Shown: positions 24,574-37,923, counted from the first letter of the whole stretch. The stretch is 62,658 nucleotides of DNA, filler included, from Circinaria calcarea (GCA_051942165.1; 16 parts of 16 records of this genome joined end to end with filler, not necessarily neighbours in it), one strand, 5' to 3'. The notes: generated by a model not told the origin, from the letters alone. Program-made: numbers and translations.

Positions 24574-24820
24574 CGTTAGGATACGGCGCAATGTCGCTGA
24601 TTGGGTGATGTGATATGGATGCGGAAATGTCAACTGTTGTAGTGCTGTAGACTCGTGCTCAGGCTCAGCTAGATACTGTGTTTCTGCAGTGAGATTTTGA
24701 CTCTTCGTTAGCGGTTCTAACACCAAAGTTGCCGAATGCTAGCGCGACCTACCCCCGTCTCACAGCATCAAGTCTCGAATTTCGCGACCAATCTTCACGA
24801 ACCTCTGCCCAATCACCAGG

Positions 24821-25304
24821 ATGCCTCAAGCTCAGCCAGAGCTGAAGAAGGTATGTCTATGTTCTGCCTGATCTAAACTCATACCTGTTCTGGAGCTGAC
24901 GTTTTTCTTAGTACCTCGACAAACGACTGTTCGTTCAACTCAACGGCAGCCGGAAAGTGATTGGTGTTCTTCGAGGCTACGATGTTCGTTATCCCGATAC
25001 AAACGGAAAACTCGTCCTTGGGGCTGACTGTGCACCTCGTAGGTATTCCTCAACATCGTTCTAGACGAGGCAGTGGAGGAGAAGGCGGGGGGGGAAAAGG
25101 TCAGAATTGGGATGGTGGTATGATTTCCGGCCGAAGTCGACGCAAGGTGACGCTGATGGATCGTCTCTAGGTTATCAGGGGGAATTCGGTAGTCATGTTG
25201 GAGGTAAATTTCGTGATGGTGCATCTTACTTCCAACGGTGGATGCTAACTCAATTTCTCTCACAGGCTCTGGAACGAATTGGTGGAGATAGAGATAGGGG
25301 TTAG
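24821..25304 (+). CDS. SMX2: snRNP core protein Sm G, 5 exons
   Basis: Manual splicing gives MPQAQPELKK|YLDKRLFVQLNGSRKVIGVLRGYD|VFLNIVLDEAVEEKAGGEKVRIGMV|VIRGNSVVMLE|ALERIGGDRDRG*. The ORF track misses this gene. Confidence 0.95.
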
Positions 25305-26390
25305 ACTGTCGGGTAGCTGAGATGGACAACGCTCTCAAATGAAAAGCTCCTGACCGCCAACATCTCTATGATAACCCGAGTGCTGTGATACGAGGTGGTG
25401 GTTACGGTGATTGTCAGGATATCCTCTAATGCCTAGCCCCAGAGTCGCTCGTGTGAAATAATGCGTACCAACTGACCAGAACAACACTCGATTTGTACCA
25501 CACAATCAGATGGCTGATAAGCCAATCTTCTATTGTCTATATCCTCGTACATCATGTCAGACATTGAAATACACCCCCGCTCATAGCCCCTTACAGCCCA
25601 TTCTTCCTATCACAATCCCCTTTTCCTCCCAAAATCCCGTTTGAAAAATAAAATCTCGGATTCTCTCCTCACCCACTTCTCCCTTACACCCCCCTTTACT
25701 TCCAAAGTCTTATTTAGTTCTGGCTTTTATCCCGACCTCGGCTTCCCTTCATGGCCCCTGTTCCTATTAAACATCCAAAACACTCGTTTGCTTTTGGCAT
25801 CCTCCACTCATTTCACTTTTACCGAACTTCATAATAAATACTATTCTCCCAAACCTTCATAAGACCGGTAATTTTCGAAGCTGATATAAAGTGGACCAAG
25901 ACTCTGTAAAACCCTTTTTCCCGCAGGAAAGCCAAGGAGCGGGTTAAAAGACCGCCACTCCTTACAGCTAAACTCCCCAATCTAGACGAGGTGAGGCGTG
26001 GAAGCCTTTTTTCGGGTGTCTCTTGTCCATTCGTTGGGAAGGGAGTTTCTGGGCTTTTGTTCTCACGTATTTACAAGCTATAGCTTTTCTTGTTTTCAAG
26101 GGTCATTCACGTCTAAAAGTTAGCGGTAACGGGTCAAGATGATATGTTGAATACCGAAAAGTCGATTATTTACAACATGCTCAGCACTATTCCTATCAGT
26201 CAAGTATGTACAGAAAGTAAATCCAGCGCTGCGTCAGCCGTAGAGATCGCGTCAGGACGCATGTGCAAATTTTCCAACGAATGTGATCCGACTGCCCATG
26301 GACATCAGAATTCCCTCAAGACAGGATCTATATGACGCTGAGCCAGGGTAACCAATACCAAGAAGAGACCCTTCCATCCCTAGTCTGTGC

Positions 26391-27415
26391 CTAAAAGTTT
26401 TCTCTCCTCTGGTGCCTATTCATGTGCCTTCGCAGCTTGGGGTTTGCGGGAGTAGTGGAATTAGTGAGAGTGGCGGCCGGTGCGAGGGTGCTAGCAGTAG
26501 TAGATGTCAATGTCTCGACAGTTCGGCCTGATTCTTCAGAAGCTGGGATGATAAAAGCAGCTTTGGCCATGGCTCCGTTGTTCTGGTAGACCTTGAGGGA
26601 TCGGACACTCCAATACGCGTCACGGAAATCACCCGGGTGGTTCTGAACATAGTCTTGACAGCTGTTGGCCCGCGACGAACAAGCAGGGTACTGGCCCCAG
26701 ACATTCCCAGCCCAGTCGCCACAAAAAGTGGTGTCAAAGGTGAGTCTCTGGTTTTTAAACAGGCCAAAATTGCAATCGCCTTGAAAGGTAGTTGTGGGAA
26801 CACCCCAGCCGGCCGGGTTTGGATTGCCGTTCTGAACATCAGCGGGTTCGGTGCCGTGGCGCCAGAACCAGATCTTGATGAATTGGTTGGTGTATTCGGT
26901 TGCGTACGTTCCACCACCGTTGTTATTAAACGGTCTGCCATAGGTATCTGCACTGTGAGCTGAAGCACCACAGCCTGCATTTCCCGGCTGTCCTGGAGCA
27001 TTGACGTCGCAATTCGTAGTTACAGCGCGTGACCCAGCGCCTCCGGGTTGCTGGTTTACATTGCAGCCAGCAGGGGTGTGAAGGGCCATGCTGTTTGTTT
27101 TCTGGTCGTGGACACCTTCGATGATGTCAATCTCACCCTGGTTCGGCCAATTGTAGCCAGCCGACCAGCTATAGTGTCTGTCAGCAACCAGTCCGAAAAC
27201 GGTGTCCGAGTAAGAGAACCTACAATGCAGGCCATGTCCCGCAAATACCACCAGGCATATGAGCCAGATCAATGATGATGAGGCCGCTGTTGTACGTGAC
27301 CTTGCTCTCGATACGAATACTCTTCCTTCCTGGGTTCTGAGCTATGTTGGTGTAGTCGACACCGATATAGATCAGCCCGTTGTTGTTGTTGATGAGTCCC
27401 TGATTCTGAGCGTCG
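26391..27415 (-). CDS. GH16 endo-1,3(4)-beta-glucanase (fungal laminarinase type), 5'-truncated
   Basis: [24 protein letters not shown] | intron 27169-27223 | [51 protein letters not shown]. Confidence 0.9.
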
Positions 27416-27515
27416 NNNNNNNNNNNNNNNNNNNNNNNNNNNNNNNNNNNNNNNNNNNNTTAATTAATTAANNNNNNNNNNNNNNNNNNNNNNNNNNNNN
27501 NNNNNNNNNNNNNNN

Positions 27516-27944
27516 TCAGATTGGCGAGCAACGCTGCCACGTTTGCTAATGGAAAGCGGGGGTGCAGCTACGGACGAGCGGGACGAGTGAGACGAATAGG
27601 GAACGTCAAGGATGTTGAGGGATCGGCCGGTGGTAGGCTCGGTGGTGGAAGGTTGGGCAGGGTCGTGGGAGACGTGGTATCCATCCATGATGTACTAGAC
27701 CAACACGTTAGAATTTGAGACTGTGCTGATGGAGGCGGACACGATGACTCACGTAGTACCAGTATCGTTGACCGGCTTGGAGGGTGGCGCCCTGGAAGCG
27801 GAATGTTCCCTTCCATCCGCCGCTCTTGGAGGAGTCCTTGGACAAAGGAAGTTGGCCGGAGTAGTTATCCCATGATCCGAGAAGATGAACGGTCTTGACG
27901 TTGGAGGATGTGCGGAGAGTGAAGGAAAGTTGGATCGCAGACAT
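27516..27944 (-). CDS. esdC: EsdC-like protein with AMPK-beta/CBM48 glycogen-binding domain, 3'-truncated
   Basis: MSAIQLSFTLRTSSNVKTVHLLGSWDNYSGQLPL...QRYWYY | intron 27695-27752 | YIMDGYHVSHDP...GRSLNILDV. I recall this as resembling Aspergillus EsdC. Confidence 0.75.
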
Positions 27945-29172
27945 TATTGCGGTGGTGCAGGGGGGGGCGGTTGTATTAATGAGTTTTGCTGGGAATCACA
28001 GGGCTACCGGAGCTCTATAACTTTCCAATTATATAAAAAAAGGGTATGTAAATAAACGAGCAACAGTGAGCTATGGGCAAAGTCGACCGGCGACAGGATT
28101 GCAGTTAGGCAGTAATTAGTTTGTAGAAGCAAAAGACACAAAAGAGCACAGCTCTGGGGGAAAATGCAAGATAACGCACGAATGAAACAAATTACTATGG
28201 ATAGCTCACTGGAATTGGGGGATTTGCTGAAAAAGAAAATGGGAGAGGGGGGGGAGAAACGGGCGCTTCTTATGTCGAATGCGAAGAGAGTTTGAGAGCC
28301 TCGCGGGGAGCCGGAGCAATTGCGAGAGGACGGACAGAGGCAGAACCTGGCTCGAAGCTGCATGCCGGGCCTGTAGACCAATGCAACAGTCGGAGCACAG
28401 CATGGCCAGTTTGCATCGACTTGCATCGAGGTGGGCGCGTACAGAACGGCCAGTGGTTGTGGTGGTGGTGATAAGTGGTGGTGATGGTGATGGTGAATTG
28501 GACCGACGGGGGTCGGCGCTTAAGCAGTCGAGTCCCGTCCGACCATGTGATTGGGGCTTGACTCCGCAGCTCGCCTTAGCCCGGGATCCCCCAGGCCAAT
28601 CACACCGTCTAGCGGCGACAGGCCCGTCAGCCTCCACCAATGACCATCAGCAATGTCGCCGGATTGGCCGGATGGCACAAGTACAAGTCCAATCTTCTGG
28701 CGTTTACCGGCATCAGCAGCAACACCTTAGCTCGCACCGGCACTTGGAACTGGAGTCACCCAGGTTACTCAGTACGGACGACCGATTACATTGTTGATGA
28801 CATGCCGCTCTCCTCTCATTCTCCCGCAGCCGGGCAGGCAGACGACTCTCGTATTTCTACCATCTATCCTAATTGGTCCCTGGAAATACACGACCGGCCG
28901 ACTTATGCACGGCCGAGCAGATGATCAACCCATCCATGTCTCCGATCTCAGCCCAGGTATCTCTGAATGCATCCCCCGGCCTACCTATCCCACCCCCCGG
29001 CTCCCGAAAACGCCGTCGCAATGCTAAAAAAGACGCTATCTACAAGGCAGATGAGAAGGCGACGGTCAAGGCAAAAACAACGGGGCAAAAGCTTTTCATC
29101 CGGACGGAGTCACCAGCTGAAAGAGCATCCAATAGAGGTCGCGGTTGGACATCAACCCTCGCCGCCCTCAGC

Positions 29173-31340
29173 CTATCGGACCGTGATTCCGGATCTCTTC
29201 GTGTACATCCTGGCCGCAATGTTCATCGACGCCAGCTCCTGGAAGAGGAGCTTGGCCGCGTAGGGGATGTGCACCTGCGAGATCTTGGTCTTGTTCTTGC
29301 ACGGTCGGCATTCAAACGAGTTCTTCTTGAGGTTGCTATTTTCGGTCAGCAATCGGAAGCTCCAATTCGGCTTTCAGGGGGGGGCTTAGACTTACGCAAC
29401 CGGCGTCATGAGCCCGCAGATATCACAAATGTGCACCCGGAAGGCGTCCGACACTTCGAATAACCTCTCCTTGAGGAAGGCGCTTGCCCCGTGTGATATC
29501 ATGCAATCCCTCTCCATCTCTCCGAACCGCAGACCACCATCTCGTGCTCGCCCCTCGACCGGCTGCCGAGTTAGGATTTGTACGGGCCCACGCGCCCGGG
29601 CGTGGATCTTGTCGTCCACCATGTGGCGCAGACGTTGATAGTATGTCGGTCCCAGGAACACTTGCGCCACTAATTTGCGACCAGTGTGACCATTGTACAT
29701 GACCTCAAATCCTCGAGACTGGTAGCCGTGTTCACGTAGCAGCCTTGACACCGAGTCTACCGTAACTTCCGTAAACGGTGTGGCATCACCTTCGAAGCCT
29801 CGGAGAGAGGAGACCTTGCTCAACTGGCACTCGATTAAATGTGCAATCGTCATACGAGATGGGATGGCATGTGGGTTGATGATCAAGTCTGGGACGATAC
29901 CCTCGGAAGTGAAGGGCATGTCCTCTTGTCGATACGTGATACCAATTGTACCCTTTTGACCGTGACGAGAGGCAAACTTGTCGCCAATCTGGGGAATCTT
30001 GGTAGTCCTCATCCTCACCTTGACGAACCGCAGGCCCTCTGAGTTCGTTGTCAGAAGGACCTTGTCGACAATACCATTCTCTGTTGTTCGTAATGGTGTG
30101 GACGCATCTCTCTTGATGTGGAGCTTCGTCCGTTGACCAAGCTCCTCCGCATCGGGTTGAATTGGGGCGGTCTTTCCGATGATCACGTCCTCGCCGGACA
30201 CCCGGACCCCTGGCGCAACAAGACCGTCGTCGTCCAACTTGTCGTATGTGCCATGCTTTAACCTCAAAGTGTCGCTTCGCATAGGCTTCTCGAACTGCTC
30301 CACAACATTCATGCCGATTCGCTTTTCTTGATCAACGTAAGCTCGGTAGAAGAGACTTCGGAAGAGGCCTCGGTCAATGCTGCTCTGATTCATGATGACT
30401 GAATCTTCCTGGTTGTATCCAGTGTAACATGCGATGGCTACAATGGCGTTTTGACCAGCAGGGAGTTCTCTGAATTTGAGAAACTCCATCGATCTGGTTG
30501 TGGCGAGCGGCTTCTGGGGGTAGTATAGGATGTTGGCCATAGTATCCATTCGCTCATCGAAGTTGGTCAGGAAGACACCCATAGCTTGCTTGCCCATAGC
30601 CGATTGGTAGGTATTACGGGGAGACTACCTAGAATTAGTATCTTTACAATGGAGCTTATTATAAAACTTACCTGGTTGTGATCGGGAAAGGGAATGATGC
30701 TTGCGCAAATTCCCAATATCATACTCGGATGAATCTCGCAATGTGTCCAAGTATGCGCGGTAGGATTGAGAGGCGCTTTGACACGCTTGTTGGGATCATC
30801 GGTGGTCTCAGGCATCTGGTAGCCAGCTTGGAGCTGTCTCGAGATTTCAAGATCTTCCGGCGTCATCACAATCATCACCGTCTCTTCTTCCTCGGCATCA
30901 AGATATTCAATCACTCCTTTCTCGACAAGGCCGTTCCACCCTAATGTCTTTGATGCTCTCTCATCAGGATCCATGTCGGCCGGAAGCTCCCGGTCATCCT
31001 CGAGTCTGTTGCACAGCTCCTTGGTTAGGGCAAGGCAGCCTTTGTTCGGACTCCTTGGGTCATTGTTGACCACAAACAGTGGTCGACATACCCTTCCAGC
31101 ATCGGTAAAGATCTTGAACTCCCGGTCACGAATATCACGCACAAGGCTCACCTCGTGTGAGATATCACCGTTTCTTCGGAGAGCTAGTACTGTGGGGACC
31201 AGATGAGCAGGATCTCTATGAACCCCAACCCATACACCGTTGACAAATATTTTAGTCGCGTTGGGTGACTTGAGAGGCTCGTACTCTTCAAGGACTTCCA
31301 TGTTGCGCTGTATCATGAAATCAATGATGGGAGTACTAGG
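29173..31340 (-). CDS. RPB2: RNA polymerase II second-largest subunit, 5'-truncated
   Basis: [78 protein letters not shown]. Introns at 30625-30671 and 29336-29395. It ends [12 protein letters not shown]...SGITVR*. Confidence 0.99.
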
Positions 31341-31440
31341 NNNNNNNNNNNNNNNNNNNNNNNNNNNNNNNNNNNNNNNNNNNNTTAATTAATTAANNNN
31401 NNNNNNNNNNNNNNNNNNNNNNNNNNNNNNNNNNNNNNNN

Positions 31441-31493
31441 CTATGATCACTGGTAATAAACCACGCCAACGTCTATTATGCCTGCGACCACAG
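31441..31493. mobile_element. Terminal inverted repeat of the same Tc1/mariner-type family as the MITE at 48848-49053 (element cut by the contig edge)
   Basis: The reverse complement reads TA-CTGTGGTCGCAGGCATAATAGACGTTGGCGTGGTTT, matching TA-CTATGGTCGCAGGCAAATTAGATGTTAGCGCGGTTT. TA follows at 31494-31495. Confidence 0.72.
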
Positions 31494-34400
31494 TAGTGGA
31501 TGCAGATCCCGGTGTCTGATCTACCACCTCCAACTCGTCAAGGAGACCAAAATCCAACCCCCCAAAAATCAATAAGGCGGAGAGCCAAGCATTGCGCTAA
31601 GGCGATCTCCGGGATAGCCTCACCTTCTCCGCTGCCTTGCAAAGAACATAATGCCGGCAGACTGGGATGGAAGGGCTCTTCTGGACAATTCTACCACCCA
31701 ACTCGGCCCCAGTCGCCTGCGTGACGGATTTCCTTTGGAGAGGCCCCACCTCACCCCTTTGAAGGAACGGAGAATTTTCACATCCTGTCGGATCTTTACT
31801 GCCGAATAACCTGGCACACGTCCGACATTGTGACCCTCCACAATCAGTCACTACAACGCTGCCCAACATGCTCAACACGATGTTCTCTGAGCTGATTTGA
31901 GCGTGATCGGATGGTCAAACGTGAACAGCTCGGGATGCCGTGTAAGGTTACTCTGGACACGTTTCTGCACGCATCCTTCCCATGAGTCTTCCCGCCGCAG
32001 CCTTTTGAGGTTTGAAACAGTTGGGAGACGGTTGCGAGAAAATTTGATGACCGAGCCGAGTTTGCCCCCGGCTATCGTCTAAGCCGTCCCAAGTCTCCAA
32101 GTGGGAGCTCAGAATGCGGACAGACTGACTCCTCATGTTGTGATTTACTGCCTGCTGGAACGATACGCTTGGGAGGGTGGGTAGGTATAGTAGGCTGTAA
32201 AAAGAGCAGAGGGGTTATGCGAGATGCCAGTTTCGAATGTGGGGTTCTAAATCTGGAGCCAGATTGATGGCATTGCAAGATGCCTATAACTATCTCCCTA
32301 CCTGATGATCGAATGCAGATCTCGGGCTTGCATCTCAATCCAAGCAGAGTCCGTCCCTTGTAGTAATATCAAAGAGCATGAGTAGGGAGAAGAGCACGTA
32401 TTAAAAGTCGGAAGGCTCCAGTAGATACTCCGTATTCCGCATTGACTGGCTCTGGTGAAATTGACTGCGGAACTACTGGAACGCAGCTCAGAACCCCGCC
32501 AGTTCCCCTATCTCAGATGCATCTGGCTTTCGAGATCAGCATCACAAAGGGCGCGTCTCCGGGTTCGGAATGGAGCAGTTGGCAGACACAGTTCCGTGTA
32601 GTGTACATGTCCGGTGATGTGGTCGTGCTTCGTTCCTGCGATGAAGCTAGACCCATCCAAAGCACCTTAGGCAAGGGAAATGGTGTGCGGTTTGGTGGTT
32701 GCGGATCGAGACTTGACGGATATCGACTGAAGAGGGAAGCTGGGTGGGCGTAATTGGGCATGATGGACTTATGTTCTACCACGCATCTGTTTGTCGGGTT
32801 GATAGTCGCCCTGCAGAGAATACTGATACCGGGTTAGAACCGCCTACGTCAAGACTTTCCACGGGATCGACAGTACTCAATTGACCACTCATGACAGTTA
32901 TCGGTCTTGTTTGTCCGAACTCTGCGGAAAACACGTTAATCTGATTGCGCCGAGTAGAGGTTGATTGCTGATGGAGTAGTTATTACGTAGCCCCGGACGG
33001 TGATTGTATCTGTATAGCAACAAAGTCTTCTGCTGTAGACAGATTGATGACCGAAGCCACTCGGCCGCCAATGGTGATAAACTTAGGCGGCCGAAGATGC
33101 AGATGCCGTGGACGAACCAAATGCCTACATACCTTAGTATATATGACCTGGCTGGCGAAGGCCTACCTCTCAGCAGTATCTGTAGCTGGTTGATCTAGTC
33201 CCGGCCATATCACTGACCACGTAGGCTGACATCATAAAGTACTCGGAATGACTGTAGCTAACCCTCGAGATGTAGACTATGCTGCAGGAACAGCAGCTAC
33301 TGACAGCCCTGATCTTTGGAGGTTGGAGTGGTGGAGTTGTCTGCGCTCGATCAACGCGTCTCTCCGATTCGTAATACTGCAATCAGAACGAAATCGCCGA
33401 TTCAAATTTTATTCAAGGGCTTCCTGGGGAGCTGCGGGCATCGAGAACCCTCGAGTATCAGAATTCGGTATTCGTTATGCGTGATCCGACCTATCAGTAT
33501 CGTAACTCGAGAATAACGACGGGCACAGTTCCTCGGGATCGCTGAAGGCCTCCGCGCGGTATCAGCAGACAGACGATTACAGATGGATCCCTGGGGTAGT
33601 TTGGGATTAGGGCCCAGCTCGACCTTCACTGTGCAATCGGTCCCCGCCTCTGAAATCACCCGGAATATCAGAAGGGTGTCCGAAGCATATCACTTCCTCG
33701 CGGTCATTGCTTCTGTCGGCCACCAATGGTGGTAGAGCCAATTTCTGCTGCAAACAGTAGCCGGCGGTGAGCAGTGAAGGCCATCGCCTTGTCCGAGCTG
33801 GCTGGAAACCAGCGGAGGCTGATGTTGCGGGAAACTTTATCGAAGCGGTTGTGTCCTAAACAATGAAGGTTGAACCTTCCGGTCAGTAGAGATCCCGATT
33901 ATCTCCTCTCGCTCTTCGAAACAGAGCTCCATGCTCGGGTTCCCTGGCATTCCCATCCCGCCGCCGCATAAGATATCGGGACCTCCTAGGCGGCGAAACA
34001 GGAAAGAGGTCCCATTAGTACTACAGATCACATCCCACAGCCATTGTACCTGCCAAGCTGCAAAAGTGTCCCATCCGGAAGCGATCGACCACCCGCAGAG
34101 CTTTTCTTCCAAATCTGATCGAAACCGAGGAGAGCGGATAAGAGCAGTTGGGTAACGGAGACAGCATAGAAAACTCACTTTTAAAAGAGAGCACTATCAG
34201 GCACGTAGGATAACGAGCGAGAAGAATCAATCCCTCACCACCGTCATACTCAATCGTGCTAACCTCCTTTCACCCTCAAAGAGCGAGTCGCCGGCTGCGA
34301 ATCCTCTATTCCCTGTGCCAGACAACAATACTACGTAGTGCGGATACACTGCAAACCAAGCGTCCATGATCGCTGATGAGTCCATGGCAAATCTACGAAA

Positions 34401-34807
34401 AGTGTTGAGACATTAATTGGAATAGTAGAAAACTGCGCCATCTATTGAAGCAGTCGGCGACATCATCTTACTGTGGTATAAGAATGAAAGGATCAGGAAC
34501 AGGGGAGATTGAGTATTGGGAAAAGGCTCGCGAATTGCATCCTCCAGTCTACCCGAGATGTCTTGATTAAATTTGATATATGATACATAACTCTATGTTG
34601 CCCGATGTGTAGTACGAATTAAAAGGTATATAGCGATTTCACCAACAATTCCAATTATCGTATATTAATATCCAAGGCAAAAAAAGTGTAAACTGATCTG
34701 ACCAGGTTTCGTGGAAACTTTTCAATCGGTCTCCACCAAAAGCGACAAGACCGGGATAGCAACCTCGTCATCTCCCATCTCCCCCCTTTACCAATCTTCT
34801 CTCATCC

Positions 34808-35263
34808 TTAGCTGACTGGTTGCAAGTACAACTTGGTGGCTGTACAATTCGTAACCAGAGTGCTGATATAATAGTATACGTGATATCCAGTCTGTGCATT
34901 GTAATCAATGGAGCTACTATTAGTCACGCAGAAATTATACGGAGCACCCGTCGCCGTGTTATTCAGGAACAGCTGTGCTCGTCCTGTTCCATCGCTCAAG
35001 GCCGTCTTGTAAAAGGTCTTGTTCCCCACCCTGACGTCTGTGGACCAGTACAGTTTGTCGCCACCGGCCGCCTTCGGAGCGTAGTAGTATGAGTTATTGG
35101 TGACACTGTATAGCTGACCAATGTCTGAGACGATGAAAACCTCACGTTTACTCTGGGCGAAGAAATTATCCGTAAGATGGGCGGCATTATCCGAAATTGC
35201 ATAAGTGGCGCCGGTATTGGGGTTGGGCTGAATTTGCAACCAAGTGGGGTTTCCGGTGGGTGC
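34808..35263 (-). CDS. Hypothetical, probably secreted beta-rich protein, 3' fragment
   Basis: The frame is open from the contig end, is T/N/Y-rich, and has a Cys pair (YNFCVTN...NCTATKLYLQPVS*) typical of fungal secreted proteins. Confidence 0.55.
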   Translation of the reverse strand, partial: APTGNPTWLQIQPNPNTGATYAISDNAAHLTDNFFAQSKREVFIVSDIGQLYSVTNNSYYYAPKAAGGDKLYWSTDVRVGNKTFYKTALSDGTGRAQLFLNNTATGAPYNFCVTNSSSIDYNAQTGYHVYYYISTLVTNCTATKLYLQPVS

Positions 35264-35363
35264 NNNNNNNNNNNNNNNNNNNNNNNNNNNNNNNNNNNNN
35301 NNNNNNNTTAATTAATTAANNNNNNNNNNNNNNNNNNNNNNNNNNNNNNNNNNNNNNNNNNNN

Positions 35364-37923
35364 CAACGAGGTTTCCGATCTTCGAATCATCCTAGAAGAT
35401 CTACAGCACTACATCCTTCAGAATACAGAAAGACCACAGATACTTCAAGAGGAGCTACAGCACATATCTATCTTGGTCGGTAGAGCAAAAGATAAACTCC
35501 TTGAACTTGACGAGCTTATTCAGTATCGACTCGTGAAACCAGAATCTATCTCCGATCAAATCAAGGTATCCAAGCGGGAATGGGCCAGAGCAAAGGACTC
35601 AATCGAGAGATTTCGACAGAGCCTTCGTGATATTAGGCTTAACATAGCAACTCACATGATAGTAGTAAACTCGTATGTGTGCATAGACGACAACGTTGGA
35701 GAAAACGTAGCTAACAGCTTACAGCTCCCATCAATCCCGCATTGGCTTGACAATCGATGAAATTCATGTCATCTCTGGCCAATTACGATCGAACCACCAC
35801 CTTTCCAGCGATCATACTTCCCAGCAGCTTGATGAGCATTCCAGGCTCCTTGCTAGTATTTCAAGCAGCCAGTCCAGTTTACAAGGTCTGCTACAGCTTC
35901 AACCTTCAGCCACTACGCAAGCTCATCACCCAACCAATGTTGGCGACAGCTCTCCCAGCTCGATTATTTGCATCCGAGCCTACAGTTCTCAACGATCACC
36001 CTGCACTTCATATTGCACATGCGCCTGTCACAAAGTCCGGACCTTTCAATCACCAGCCTTACTGCATAAAGCTATAGGAACTCTGTTCCTCGGTTACTGT
36101 GGATACCCCATGATGGGGCTCCAGAATTGTACAAATACCGATTGTCTGTCTCAGTCAAGTTTTAGAACATATGTTCATTATCTATTCCCTTCCTGGATCT
36201 TGGCAAAGATTCTTATAATAACGCTTGCGAGCAGCTCTCTGGATAAAATCAGTGTATCCTTGACCGTTAGAAGAATTGTCTCACCCGGGGCAGAAATCTT
36301 CCGCTTAACCCAAAGTGATGATGTGGACGGCTTGAAACGTTTGTTTAGCAAAGGTTTGGCTTCGCCGAATGACTCTTTGAGCGATGGGCAGGTGCCTCTT
36401 ATTGTATGTAAACCTCAATTTTAGTAATATTATATTAAAAAGGAACGCCCCCCAGAAGATTTCATCTCCTTCACGTTATGATTAATCTTCAAAAAAATTC
36501 AGAGATCTAACAAAAACTTGTTTATCAGTCAGCCCTTTCAAGTCGTAAGCTCAAAGCCTGTAAATTCCTATTGGAGGCTGGAGCAGATCCTCTCCTCAAA
36601 CTCATGGATGGTAAAATGTTTGTTAATAAATCTTTAATGCTAATTGTTTAAGCTTATCTTGCGATATTTAGATCTGCTTTCGAATTTGGCTGGAATGCCA
36701 TTCTTGCGGTATCCGAGGATCAAGCCGTTTTAGATACTTTACGAAACCTATTTCCTGATAAAGATAGTCATCTAGAGGAACGTCAATTCTCTATACTCCA
36801 TAAAACCGTTCTGAAACTTATTTCGCGTAATCTGGAAGAAGAATTGGCTATTTGCAGATCCGACATCGACCGAATCGATTCAGAGGGCAATACTGCTCTT
36901 TTATGGGCAGCTCGAAGAGGCGATAGTACAACCGTTGATCTCCTTCTCAGAGCTAATGCTAATCCAAACCTGGTAAATCGGTTGGATGTGTCCCCTTTGA
37001 TACATGCAGCGCGAAGATCAGACCCTACATGTGTAAAACTTCTTCTGAAAGCGGGTGCTGATCCCAATCAGGTTGACGATCAAGATTATAATGCATTGCA
37101 TTATGCGGCAGAATATCAAAATAGTAGGGAAATGATTGAATACCTGGTAAAGGGTGGGGTTGATGTGAATAAGCGAAATTACTGGGGTAGTACTCCTGTT
37201 GCCCATGCAGCGATCAATAATCGCCCTATCTCAGCAGAAGCTTTGCTAGATTATGGAGCTGATCTTAATAGTTTGGATCTTGAACGAGATACCCCATTAA
37301 CTGAATCTATACGCCTGAATGCAGATAATACGACCGAGTTACTTTTACACCGTGGTGCGGCTTATACCTCGAGTAACATTTATGGAGACACAATCCTACA
37401 TCTCGTGGGTCTTGCCGGCGGTTTAAAGACACTCAGCATCTTCCAAGCTGCAGAACTCAAGGGCATTGATCCCGACGCCACAAATAATAATGGGAAGACA
37501 GCGATCCAGATAGCTCGGGAACGGGAGGGAAAACCACATGGGTTCATTCCACAGTTCCAGGACCTCCTTGCCGGTATCCGAGCTCGGAACGAGAGCTTGG
37601 AGGTCTCCAGTCAACAAGACACCGATCTGGTCTCTCCAGACTCGACATCAGGCAGTCCAGGATACCTCTCCTTCCTGGCAAAGTGGGTCCGGCAGCTATT
37701 GGCCCGATCAATCAATCGCAGAAGCAGCCCGAGCTGGCCTCCATGCCTTTCCACCGCGGTTCTCCACACATGGACCCGATGGGGACTGAGATTCTTCTGG
37801 GCTCACTGGGTTCTCAGCCTCTGCTGCGCGGGACTTCTGTACCTGTTCCTGAGCTTCGAGGTTATGAGGCGGCTGCGCATGGTGTGGGATATGCTCGAGC
37901 CCGGAGGGTTCGAGGAGGTCTGA
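35364..37923 (+). CDS. Ankyrin-repeat protein with HeLo-like fungal N-terminal helical domain and hydrophobic C-terminal tail, 5'-truncated
   Basis: NEVSDLRIIL..RAKDKLLELDELIQYRL..W.RAK.SIERFRQSLRDIRLN, CxxxCxCxCH, and multiple ANK repeats (GNTALLWAA, VSPLIHAA, YNALHYAA, GSTPVAHAA, GDTILHL). Introns at 35673-35724, 36404-36528 and about 36618-36672. Confidence 0.9.

Noticed and set aside
28206..29463. Several 90-200 aa ORFs between esdC and RPB2
   Set aside because: They are GC-rich promoter/UTR sequence or antisense shadows of RPB2, with no recognisable domains.
33255..33270. Telomerase RNA template (CTAACCCT)
   Set aside because: The match is incomplete and I recognise no pseudoknot or CR4/5 element nearby.
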